A stretch of 59,542 bases of DNA. Source: a virus (taxonomy: Duplodnaviria > Caudoviricetes). Location: positions 1-59,542 of IMG/VR virus record IMGVR_UViG_3300008120_005569, one strand, 5' to 3'. A model generated the notes under the pieces. It searched no databases, had not been told where the DNA came from, and saw nothing but the letters and a program-made list of their open reading frames with translations. Positions 1 to 8,323 of the stretch are shown here, piece after piece. Within the stretch, counting starts at the first letter, position 1, and the number at the start of each line of letters is the position of its first letter. Position numbers and translations under genes: made by a program.

Positions 1-188
1 CATTGATAGTAATTGGTGATGGAAGTGCTAGGGCAGCCGCTTGGGATTCAAAAATTTATTGGCCAGGTGGGGCACCTGCTCTTCCTTCTACACTTGGAAA
101 TGCTAGTGTGTTTGTCTTCACTACATTCGATCAAGGTGGTGCATATTTAGGATTGGTAGTGGCAGATGATGTTGCGGGTGGTTTATGA
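1..188 (+). CDS. C-terminal fragment of a probable tail fibre/structural protein (5' truncated)
   Basis: Open frame from the window edge. The ending 'IYWPGGAPALPST...VFVFTTFDQGGAYLG' resembles tail-fibre C-termini; tail-associated genes follow. Confidence 0.5.
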   Translation, partial: LIVIGDGSARAAAWDSKIYWPGGAPALPSTLGNASVFVFTTFDQGGAYLGLVVADDVAGGL

Positions 189-209
189 TAAATTATAGAG
201 GTTTACGGT

Positions 210-1376
210 ATGATAAGTAATAATTTAATATTTGCAGCCGCTTTACAATCGGGCTATGGTGGATATGAACCACCCCCACCACCACCTGGATATAATCTTT
301 TTTCATGGGGGAGAAATGATACGGGTGCATTAGGTCTGTCAGACACATCGTATAGATCCAGTCCAGTTCAAGTTGGATCAACAGCAATTTGGACTGAAAT
401 TACATCGGGAGATATTCATAGTTTGGGTATTAGAAATGATGGAACATTATGGTCTTGGGGTGATAATTCATATGGTGAGTTAGGGTTAGGTGATGGTTCA
501 GTAAGATATTCCCCGACTCAAGTTGGTACATTAACTAATTGGAGTAAAGTATCAACGGGAAATAATCACACATTAGCAATAAAAACTGATGGCACATTAT
601 GGTCTTGGGGATATAACGGAAATGGTGAATTAGGCATAGGTAATACATCGACTACATTATCTCCAGTTCAAGTTGGATCACACACAAATTGGGCAAAAAT
701 TTCTGCTGGTGCAAACCACTCTCTTGCAATAAAAACAGATGGAACACTTTGGGCATGGGGCGCAAATACCGCTGGTGAAACTGGACATGGAATATCATCT
801 GGAACTGGTGGTAGTGGTGTTCTATCACCAAGACAAGTTGGATTATTAACTGATTGGGCTGAAATAGCGGGTGGTAATTATTTTACACTCGCAGTAAAAA
901 CAAATGGGACTCTTTGGACATGGGGCGATAATCCAAATGGTAATTTAGGTAGTGGCAACACCACAGATAGATCCAGTCCAGTTCAAGTAGGATCATTAAC
1001 TAATTGGAAATATGTTGCAGCTTCACAGGGTCAAACAAATTTTTGTCATTCTCTTTCCGTAAAAACCGATGGAACACTTTGGTCGTGGGGATATAATAAT
1101 GGTGCTCTTGGTGATGGTACGTCTACACAAAGAACTTCTCCTGTTCAAGTTGGTGGACCATTTGGAGCTACCAATTGGGCAAATGTAGACGCCGGAAGTG
1201 GATGCTCAATCGCAATAAAGACGGATGGAACGATTTGGACATGGGGAGCAAACTTTAACGGAGAATTGGGTTTAGGCAACACAACAACTAGATCTAGTCC
1301 TGTGCAGGTTGGTAGTTCAACATCGTGGCTTAAAATAATGGCAGGCAGAAATCATATGCACGCTATACGTTCTTAA
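210..1376 (+). CDS. RCC1/BLIP-II-repeat beta-propeller protein (probable tail/receptor-binding protein)
   Basis: About seven repeats of (S/A/T)WGxNxxGxLGxG...SPxQVG...W..(I/V)..G..H.LA(I/V)KTDGTLW, after a Pro-rich N-terminal linker. Confidence 0.9.
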   Translation: MISNNLIFAAALQSGYGGYEPPPPPPGYNLFSWGRNDTGALGLSDTSYRSSPVQVGSTAIWTEITSGDIHSLGIRNDGTLWSWGDNSYGELGLGDGSVRYSPTQVGTLTNWSKVSTGNNHTLAIKTDGTLWSWGYNGNGELGIGNTSTTLSPVQVGSHTNWAKISAGANHSLAIKTDGTLWAWGANTAGETGHGISSGTGGSGVLSPRQVGLLTDWAEIAGGNYFTLAVKTNGTLWTWGDNPNGNLGSGNTTDRSSPVQVGSLTNWKYVAASQGQTNFCHSLSVKTDGTLWSWGYNNGALGDGTSTQRTSPVQVGGPFGATNWANVDAGSGCSIAIKTDGTIWTWGANFNGELGLGNTTTRSSPVQVGSSTSWLKIMAGRNHMHAIRS

Positions 1377-1397
1377 TAATAACATAAAGGTTTTGGT

Positions 1398-2393
1398 ATG
1401 AATGATAAAGAAATACACCCACTTGATGTTGCATTGAATGCGGCTATATGTGGTAATTTAGATGAAAGTGAAAAAATACTTCGCAATCAACCTCAAAATG
1501 ATTACCGTGTTCTATTTAATTTAGGGTGGCATGAAATGAGACGTGGTAATCTTAAAAAGGGATTTGAACATTTAAATTATGGCAGATTTATAGGTGTATT
1601 TGGATCACCCGCTATACCTGGAAAAATTTGGAAAGATGAATCACTTGAAAACAAAACACTACTGTTCAGATGTGAGGGTGGTTATGGGGATCAAATAATA
1701 AATTTTCGTTTTGCTAAACAGTTTGAAAAATTGGGTGCAAGGGTTTTAATATCATGTTCACCGGAATTGAAATCATTATTTTCCGATCATGGGTTTATCT
1801 GTGTAGATAATTCTGCTATTTCAAGTATTCATTATGATTATTGGATTCCTGCAATGTCAGCTGCTTATATTTTGGGGTTAGAGTATGAAGATTTAAATGG
1901 ATTACCTTATTTATTTTCAAAAAATAGAAAAAAATTATTTTCAAATCCTGAAAATATTAAAGTTGGTATTCGATGGAGCGGATCTTCAGAATTTGAACAT
2001 GAACAATATCGAAGATTTACACCAGAGTTTATGACCAATTTACATAACGTACCCAATACCACATTTTATTCACTTCAAAGAGATGAGAATACAATAGATG
2101 GTCTTCCATTTGCAGATATGCGTGACCAAATGACAACATGGATTGATACTATGAATATAATAGCAGATTTAGATTTAGTAATAACATCATGTACTTCTAT
2201 TGCTCATTTATCCGCAGCTATGGGAAAACCAACATGGATAGTTATACCAGTTTTACCATACTATATTTGGTCCTTTCCTGATAAAAAAAGTAAATGGTAC
2301 GATTCAGTCACACTATTTAGACAAAAAAAATTCGGTGAATGGCAAGATGTTTTTGAAGATATTAGAAATGAATTGATAAAAATTTCTTCTTAA
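1398..2393 (+). CDS. TPR-like + glycosyltransferase family 9-like protein
   Basis: EGGYGDQI, VGIRWSGS, FYSLQ and DLVITSCTSIAHLSAAMGKPTW match TPR/GT9-type proteins. Confidence 0.75.
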   Translation: MNDKEIHPLDVALNAAICGNLDESEKILRNQPQNDYRVLFNLGWHEMRRGNLKKGFEHLNYGRFIGVFGSPAIPGKIWKDESLENKTLLFRCEGGYGDQIINFRFAKQFEKLGARVLISCSPELKSLFSDHGFICVDNSAISSIHYDYWIPAMSAAYILGLEYEDLNGLPYLFSKNRKKLFSNPENIKVGIRWSGSSEFEHEQYRRFTPEFMTNLHNVPNTTFYSLQRDENTIDGLPFADMRDQMTTWIDTMNIIADLDLVITSCTSIAHLSAAMGKPTWIVIPVLPYYIWSFPDKKSKWYDSVTLFRQKKFGEWQDVFEDIRNELIKISS

Positions 2394-2417
2394 AAATAAT
2401 CTTTGAAAAATACATAC

Positions 2418-2425
2418 ATATTTAT
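2418..2425 (+). promoter_or_regulatory. ATATTTAT intergenic motif (candidate phage late promoter), first copy
   Basis: Exact intergenic copies start at 2418, 7235, 9929, 11862, 15124, 22163, 25050, 25635, 27851, 31808, 46318, 46758, 52267, 55531 and 55809. One-mismatch variants at 18142, 26673 and 53595. Confidence 0.7.
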
Positions 2426-2457
2426 ATGTAATAATGTTCCTATTATTGAGGTGATGT

Positions 2458-2910
2458 ATGAAATACATTTTAGTAAAAAATGGTGAAATAGCTGGAAATC
2501 CAACTGATTTACCAAAAAGTTGGGATAACATTTCAAATTTTTATGTTCTTGATGATGTAACTCTAAAAAGTTATGGTTGGTATCCATTTAGATTTGTTGA
2601 AGCACAAAAAAATGAAAATCAATATTATGATGGTAGTGATTTTGTAATAGAAGAAAATGAAGTGGTTGAATATCAAAAAGTTCGTAATAAAACTCAACAA
2701 GAAATTTCACAAGAAATTGAATCAGAATGGCGTGCAGTTAGATATAGAAGAAATGAATTATTAAATGAATGTGATTGGACACAATTACCAGATTCTCCAT
2801 TGACAAATCAAAAACAAACAGAATGGCAGATATATCGTCAATCATTAAGAGATATAACATCACAACCAAGTCCATTTAGTATAGTTTGGCCAATATCACC
2901 AGAGGCGTAA
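2458..2910 (+). CDS. Phage tail fibre assembly chaperone (Phage_tail_APC-like)
   Basis: C-terminal RYRRNELLNECDWTQLPDSPL...WQIYRQSLRDITSQ...IVWP signature; GAGGTG RBS upstream. Confidence 0.85.
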   Translation: MKYILVKNGEIAGNPTDLPKSWDNISNFYVLDDVTLKSYGWYPFRFVEAQKNENQYYDGSDFVIEENEVVEYQKVRNKTQQEISQEIESEWRAVRYRRNELLNECDWTQLPDSPLTNQKQTEWQIYRQSLRDITSQPSPFSIVWPISPEA

Positions 2911-2912
2911 AT

Positions 2913-4679
2913 ATGAACAGTCCTATTCAAAAACTCATTAAAGAATTAAATATATCAATCTTTAATGAAAATGAATTGGTTGATAAAGATGTTATTGTAT
3001 TTTTTCCAGGTCAATTCCAACCTATGGGACAACACCAACGTGAGGAATATTTACGCTTAAGTAGAAAATTTGGAAAAGATAATGTACACGTAATTACAGA
3101 TGACAAAATAAATCCTCAAAAAACTCCCCTTAGTTTTGAAGAGAAATCCTCGATAATAAGAAGACATGGTATAAAAAATATACAAAAGGTTTTGAATCCA
3201 TATATGCCAACCGAACTAATAAACAAATTAGATCCAAATAATACAATTCTTATTTTTGCGGTTAGCTCAAAAAATGTATCCAAATTAAAAAATTTTAAGA
3301 AGATAACAAAATATAATGGCTCATCTAAACTACCAATCAAAGATGCACAAAATCCATACGTTTATTATATCCTAACCAATGAAGTTAAGTATGATTTACC
3401 AAGTTTTGGTAGATTAAATTCAACTAATATATTTAGGGCTTTAAGTGACCGTGAGGCAAAATTGTCAGAATTAAAGAGTAGATTCATTTCAATATTTGGT
3501 TGGTTTGATGCAAATTTATTTAATATGATTATAAAAAAATTCAACACAACTCGTGGTGAACTAAAAGATGGTAAGGAAGAATTAAAACCCTTACAAATGG
3601 TTACAAGAACATTTTGGAATAAAGTGTATGAAAGTATTGTTGGCGATAAAAATATAAACGAGGTTGCCACGTTACCACAGACTATGTTAGATGAAATAGA
3701 AAAAATTGCAAAACAATTCTTTCATAAAATAGAATCTGAGGTAAAAAACGATATTGATGCTGATAATTTCGACAGTAAAATAAGATTCAACATATTAGAC
3801 GATATGACTGAATTATCTACGGAATCAACTAAGATAATAAATGATATTATTAAATCAGAACCTTATGTTCAAGAATTGGAAAAAACAAACCCAAATGCTT
3901 TTAATAACATAAAATTACATACATTTACTGTGGTTGTAAGGCCTAAACGATTTGTAATAGATCAAACATATGATAAATTTGGTAAACTAATAGATTTGGC
4001 ATTAGACGATGAAATGCCCGGGACTTTTACAGAAAAGTTAAATAGTTTTAAGAAAACGGAGATTTGGAAAGATTATGAGTTAGAGCTAAAGAAATTAAAG
4101 AACCATAATGATTTTTCAGTTGGAAGTAGAGCCAAGTTTAATTCAACAGGTTCTATTTACAAAAAAGATTTTAAAGCAACTCTGATAGTAAATTTTGATT
4201 GGTTTTTAATGTATCTAAAGTTGTTATTAGTAAAAAATGGATTTATACAAATATCATTAAATAAAGTTGTTGACGATTACGTGAAAGGTGTCTATATTGG
4301 TTTAGTTTCACATGAACTTATACATTTTGTTCAAACTATAAAACAACAAATACAAACAGGAGAACGTCAGGCATCAAAGTATGAATTTAGCAGCCCTGAC
4401 AAGTTAGGATATGAAAAATTTAATAAGATGTATTTATCCGATAAAGCTGAAATTGGTGCTCATGCACAACAGTTTGTTACTGATTTAAAAAAGGCTTATC
4501 CGAGTAAATCAGCAGATGATTTATTAAAAATGTTTCAATCGGGTAAATTACCAAAGAAGAAATTCTCACCAATGTATAATTATATTGGTTACTATATGAA
4601 ACTATTAAATAAAGGAAAACAGGACGATACTGTTAAACGGTTTATAAAAACCGTATTTTTGATATTAAAAAAAGACTAA
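2913..4679 (+). CDS. Cytidyltransferase-like (HIGH-family) N-terminal domain fused to a HExxH zincin-like domain; probable virion protein
   Basis: VFFPGQFQPMGQH (cf. PGRFQPFHxGH) and PLSFEEK near the N-terminus; SHELIHFVQ...Y...EIGAHA near the C-terminus. Start placed at ATG 2913. Confidence 0.55.
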   Translation: MNSPIQKLIKELNISIFNENELVDKDVIVFFPGQFQPMGQHQREEYLRLSRKFGKDNVHVITDDKINPQKTPLSFEEKSSIIRRHGIKNIQKVLNPYMPTELINKLDPNNTILIFAVSSKNVSKLKNFKKITKYNGSSKLPIKDAQNPYVYYILTNEVKYDLPSFGRLNSTNIFRALSDREAKLSELKSRFISIFGWFDANLFNMIIKKFNTTRGELKDGKEELKPLQMVTRTFWNKVYESIVGDKNINEVATLPQTMLDEIEKIAKQFFHKIESEVKNDIDADNFDSKIRFNILDDMTELSTESTKIINDIIKSEPYVQELEKTNPNAFNNIKLHTFTVVVRPKRFVIDQTYDKFGKLIDLALDDEMPGTFTEKLNSFKKTEIWKDYELELKKLKNHNDFSVGSRAKFNSTGSIYKKDFKATLIVNFDWFLMYLKLLLVKNGFIQISLNKVVDDYVKGVYIGLVSHELIHFVQTIKQQIQTGERQASKYEFSSPDKLGYEKFNKMYLSDKAEIGAHAQQFVTDLKKAYPSKSADDLLKMFQSGKLPKKKFSPMYNYIGYYMKLLNKGKQDDTVKRFIKTVFLILKKD

Positions 4680-4688
4680 AGGTGTGTT

Positions 4689-5393
4689 ATGGTTAAAATC
4701 GATGGTGTAGGTGATATTAAAAAACTTCTACACGGTGAACATGAAGCTCAACAAAAAGTTACTGTTGGGTATATCCCTGAAAGTGAAAAAGAAAAAGGAA
4801 GTAGACAAATTGGAGACCGTTGGTTTGATGAAGACGGCAACGAGTGGGAACAGAAAAAGGGTTATAAAGTAAAGTTAGGAAAAGTTTGGCAACAAGAATT
4901 ACATGGATATTTAAAATCGTTTCCTAATTGTAGAAAAGAAACTTGCACATGTAGTATGCCAAAAAGATTAGACGAAAAAATGCGCCGTATTCATGGTATG
5001 TGCTTTGACTGTGTAATTGACATGGAACATAAAATAAGATTAGAAGGCAAGTGGTCTGAATACGAAAGACAGAAGGTAAAAGAAAATGCTTTGGCTTGGT
5101 TAGGAGAAGCAGAACGTGACAAAAATTTAATCGCAGAAGAATTGTCAAAATTAGATTTTGCAAACGAATTTGGTGATTCTGAAAAATGGAGTGTTCCGTT
5201 TACAAAAGAAGAATTTTTGGAAAAAATAGAAAATGAATTCAAAGAGTTCAGAGAAAACTTTATAAAAAAATTGGAAGACGTTGATTTGACACAAGATGAT
5301 GTTGAAGCTATGTTTAATAAAAAACCAATCATTGATAATGAAAATGTTATAAAAATGACATTAATTGAGAAAGGTGATGAAAAAAAGACGTAA
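4689..5393 (+). CDS. Hypothetical protein with Cys cluster (CxxxxCxC...CxxC)
   Basis: 234-aa ORF with AAGGTG RBS; CRKETCTC and CFDC could bind zinc. Confidence 0.7.
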   Translation: MVKIDGVGDIKKLLHGEHEAQQKVTVGYIPESEKEKGSRQIGDRWFDEDGNEWEQKKGYKVKLGKVWQQELHGYLKSFPNCRKETCTCSMPKRLDEKMRRIHGMCFDCVIDMEHKIRLEGKWSEYERQKVKENALAWLGEAERDKNLIAEELSKLDFANEFGDSEKWSVPFTKEEFLEKIENEFKEFRENFIKKLEDVDLTQDDVEAMFNKKPIIDNENVIKMTLIEKGDEKKT

Positions 5394-5670
5394 TATCGTA
5401 TCGGAAATATTTTCAGGAATAAGTGGTGGGATCTCATCAAAAAGAACAATCATGTTCCTATCATTTATGATGATGATTTTTATGGCGGTATTATCAACCT
5501 TTTACGGTAAAGATGTTAAAGAATTTATATTTGAAGGATTTTTATACATAGTTGTCGGTAGTCTCTTTTCAGTAGCATCAGAGCAGTTCAGTTCACGCTT
5601 TACTAAAGTAAATAAAGAAGATTATTATGAAAGTAATTTAGACGAAAAATCTAATGGAGAAAACAAATGA
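5377..5670 (+). CDS. Small two-TM membrane protein, holin-like
   Basis: SSKR followed by two hydrophobic helices and a charged C-terminal tail. Confidence 0.5.
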   Translation: MKKRRNIVSEIFSGISGGISSKRTIMFLSFMMMIFMAVLSTFYGKDVKEFIFEGFLYIVVGSLFSVASEQFSSRFTKVNKEDYYESNLDEKSNGENK

Positions 5671-6242
5671 AAAGTGTAGTTGTTGAGAGGGCTGTTCCTT
5701 CAAACAAAGAACTTTATTCTAAAATAAAATCAAGAATAAAGAGTAAATATAAAGTTTGGCCAAGTGCATATGCATCCGCTGCTGTTGTTAAGGCATACAA
5801 AGCTGCGGGTGGTGGTTATAGAAATGTTAAAGAAACTATAAATAATCCTTCATATCAATTGGAAGGATATTCCACCAATGCTTGTGGTAAAATAACCGAA
5901 CTACACTTTGTGTTAGGTGAGTCTGAAAAACACAATATAACTGAGGCAGAATATCGTGGTAGAAAGGTATCATTGGGAAAACCATTTAGAACACCAAGTG
6001 GACCTAAGAAATTTTCAGTTTATGTTAAAAAACCAAATGGCAATGTGGTTAAAGTTAATTTTGGTCATAAAGGTGAAGGTGGTCAAAAAACAATGAAAAT
6101 TAAAAAAAGTAACGCCGCCCGTAGACGTTCATTCAGAGCTCGTCACAGATGTGACTCTCCCGGGCCAAGGGATAAAGCTAGATATTGGAGCTGTAGATTC
6201 GGTTGGCCAAGTTCGGGTAAAGGTGCAATAGATAAAACTTAA
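5667..6242 (+). CDS. Basic two-module phage protein (putative DNA-binding virion-internal protein)
   Basis: Modules KYKVWPSAYAS...YKAAGG and VNFG...RRRSFRARHRC...ARYWSC; very K/R-rich. Confidence 0.65.
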   Translation: MKSVVVERAVPSNKELYSKIKSRIKSKYKVWPSAYASAAVVKAYKAAGGGYRNVKETINNPSYQLEGYSTNACGKITELHFVLGESEKHNITEAEYRGRKVSLGKPFRTPSGPKKFSVYVKKPNGNVVKVNFGHKGEGGQKTMKIKKSNAARRRSFRARHRCDSPGPRDKARYWSCRFGWPSSGKGAIDKT

Positions 6243-6244
6243 TT

Positions 6245-7216
6245 ATGGTTGCAAAAGTATTCAAATCAATTTTAAGGCCATTAATGGCACCTATCCCACC
6301 GACAGACTATGAAAAGGCTGCTGATGCGATTGCTACCGCGTATGATTTATCAAACGTTGGTATGAGTATGACCATATTTGGTTCTATATTAATGCAAGGT
6401 AATAAAGAAACCCTGAAGAGCTTTCTACTTCAGGGTTTAACTATGAATAGTGGTCTAACAAATTATCTACCCGTAGTTGAACCTGGATGGACGTTGATGG
6501 CAAACGGATTCTGTTTATATTGGGCAACTGCAACATTTACACCCCTACCACCTATGCCACCTACAATTTCGCCATTGACAGGAACACAAGTTTTATTTCC
6601 TGGAAGTCCTTCAATATTGGACATAGGACTCAAAGTTGCCTTTACGGCGGGATTTGGAAAACCCGAAGATGGTAAGCTTGGGGGGTTAGAGAGTGCTTTA
6701 GATATTCTGTCATTAGTTTTAATTGCACATCAATTAACAATAGCGGGAACATATAACGGATTAATACCAGCCGCACCGTCACCAATACCATTTCTTGCTC
6801 CTTGGGCAGCTATAATAGGTATACCCGATGCCGATATTAAAGATAGCGAAACGGCAACAAGTGGTACAAGTGGCACAAGTGGGACAACAGGAACGAGTGG
6901 AACAACAGGAACGAGTGGTACGAGTGGAACGTCTGCTATTGATAACAATGCACAAAAAATAAATGATATTCTTGCAAAGATAAACAACTTAAACAAATTA
7001 AACGATTCGGATTTACAAAATAGAGTCGGTGATTTAAATACAATATCATCGGATTTGGATAAATTATTATCCGATCCTAATATAATAAAATCAAAAGAAT
7101 ATCAAAGATTAGTAAGTGCTTTGAGCCAATTAGTAAATTTGAAAAATAGAATAAATAAAATTGTTAGTGTCAGTGAAGAACGATTCCCGTATAGCGGCGA
7201 TTGTTTGGATTGTTGA
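6245..7216 (+). CDS. Hypothetical structural protein with a (G-T-S/T)n linker
   Basis: 323-aa ORF: Pro-rich N-terminal domain, GTS repeat, coiled-coil C-terminus. Confidence 0.65.
   Translation: MVAKVFKSILRPLMAPIPPTDYEKAADAIATAYDLSNVGMSMTIFGSILMQGNKETLKSFLLQGLTMNSGLTNYLPVVEPGWTLMANGFCLYWATATFTPLPPMPPTISPLTGTQVLFPGSPSILDIGLKVAFTAGFGKPEDGKLGGLESALDILSLVLIAHQLTIAGTYNGLIPAAPSPIPFLAPWAAIIGIPDADIKDSETATSGTSGTSGTTGTSGTTGTSGTSGTSAIDNNAQKINDILAKINNLNKLNDSDLQNRVGDLNTISSDLDKLLSDPNIIKSKEYQRLVSALSQLVNLKNRINKIVSVSEERFPYSGDCLDC
6857..6934 (+). repeat. 9-bp tandem coding repeat encoding TSG/TTG
   Basis: acaagtggt acaagtggc acaagtggg acaacagga acgagtgga ... Confidence 0.9.
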
Positions 7217-7246
7217 TAATTATTTACATTTCATATATTTATTTAC

Positions 7247-7591
7247 ATGGATAAAAATACAAAAAATACAGTAAGAGAAATAATACGTGAATATGTCATG
7301 TTATATGTCAAAGAAGGCAAGAAACCGTCTGGTGGCCTAACTAAGTGGTTTCGTGAAAAATGGGTGGATCTTTCTCGTAAGAAAAAAGATGGTGGACACC
7401 CACCATGTGGCGCTTCTGCTGGAAGTAAATCAAGAGACGGTGGTAAACGTGCATATCCAAAATGTGTTCCCGCTGCCAAAGCTTCATCTATGTCATCGAA
7501 ACAAAAGAAAAGTGCGGTAACAAGAAAAAGAAAGAAGGGTGCAACTGAACGTGGTACGGCAAAAATGGTTTCAACATATACAGAGCGTTAA
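7247..7591 (+). CDS. Basic protein, DUF5872-like
   Basis: GLTKWFREKWVD...CG...YPKCVP...RKRK. No RBS; ATATTTAT ends 4 nt before the ATG. Confidence 0.6.
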   Translation: MDKNTKNTVREIIREYVMLYVKEGKKPSGGLTKWFREKWVDLSRKKKDGGHPPCGASAGSKSRDGGKRAYPKCVPAAKASSMSSKQKKSAVTRKRKKGATERGTAKMVSTYTER

Positions 7592-7592
7592 A

Positions 7593-7940
7593 ATGGAAGA
7601 TTTTAAAACCAAACTCAATGAAATTTTTACAGTATTAATAAAAGTATTTGCAACCTTCGGTGGTATAATGCTTGTATTTTTTATGTTTAAAGACACACCA
7701 AAACAATCCGATGATATTAGACAATATAATAAAACAAAGGATAGTTTAGAAGGGATTATACAGAAATACAAAGAAGACTATAAATTATTGGAAAAAAGAG
7801 CTAATCATTTGGATTCGATAATAAAAGTTAAAGCCAATAACGTTAAAATAGTAAAAGAACGTTTTTATATCTACCGAGATAGAGAAATAAAAAACCCAAC
7901 CGAAGCAACTCGTTATATTCAAAAATTTATACAGGAGTAA
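7593..7940 (+). CDS. N-terminal TM + coiled-coil protein (i-spanin-like)
   Basis: Hydrophobic IFTVLIKVFATFGGIMLVFFMF followed by a helical, charged region. Start placed at ATG 7593. Confidence 0.45.
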   Translation: MEDFKTKLNEIFTVLIKVFATFGGIMLVFFMFKDTPKQSDDIRQYNKTKDSLEGIIQKYKEDYKLLEKRANHLDSIIKVKANNVKIVKERFYIYRDREIKNPTEATRYIQKFIQE

Positions 7941-7943
7941 GTA

Positions 7944-8315
7944 ATGAAATACATAGTTCTATTAATTTTAACTTCTTGTATAGCTTTCTCAAAAGAAAAA
8001 GATTCGGTAGTATGTTTTCCAAAAAATGATGTTGTAAAGTTAGCAAATAAAATACAGTTACTAAGAGATTCCGTTGAATATTTAAGAGCGGTTGTAGCTG
8101 CACAAGATACACTAATAGATGTTAGTAAATTAAGAATGGACATATACAACCAACAATTGGAAAACACAATAGAAGTTATTGGATATTGTGAGAAACAGAA
8201 CAAGGAATTGGAAAAGATTGTACAAGAATTACAACCACGTTGGTACGATAATAAAATGCTTTGGTTTTTAAGTGGGGTTGGTACTGTGGTTGCGGTGGTT
8301 TTAGCTATACAATAA
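7944..8315 (+). CDS. Putative lipoprotein with C-terminal TM helix (spanin-like)
   Basis: MKYIVLLILTS-C lipobox, coiled coil, C-terminal LWFLSGVGTVVAVVLAIQ; AGGAG RBS. Confidence 0.5.
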   Translation: MKYIVLLILTSCIAFSKEKDSVVCFPKNDVVKLANKIQLLRDSVEYLRAVVAAQDTLIDVSKLRMDIYNQQLENTIEVIGYCEKQNKELEKIVQELQPRWYDNKMLWFLSGVGTVVAVVLAIQ

Positions 8316-8323
8316 GGTTTTTT

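Noticed and set aside
4689-5393. Terminase small subunit assignment
   Set aside because: Only proximity to terL supports it; no recognisable TerS motif, so left hypothetical.
6857-6934. G-x-x repeat as a collagen helix or phase-variable repeat
   Set aside because: Only ~8 Thr/Ser triplets with degenerate codons and a 9-bp unit that preserves frame; best read as a flexible linker.
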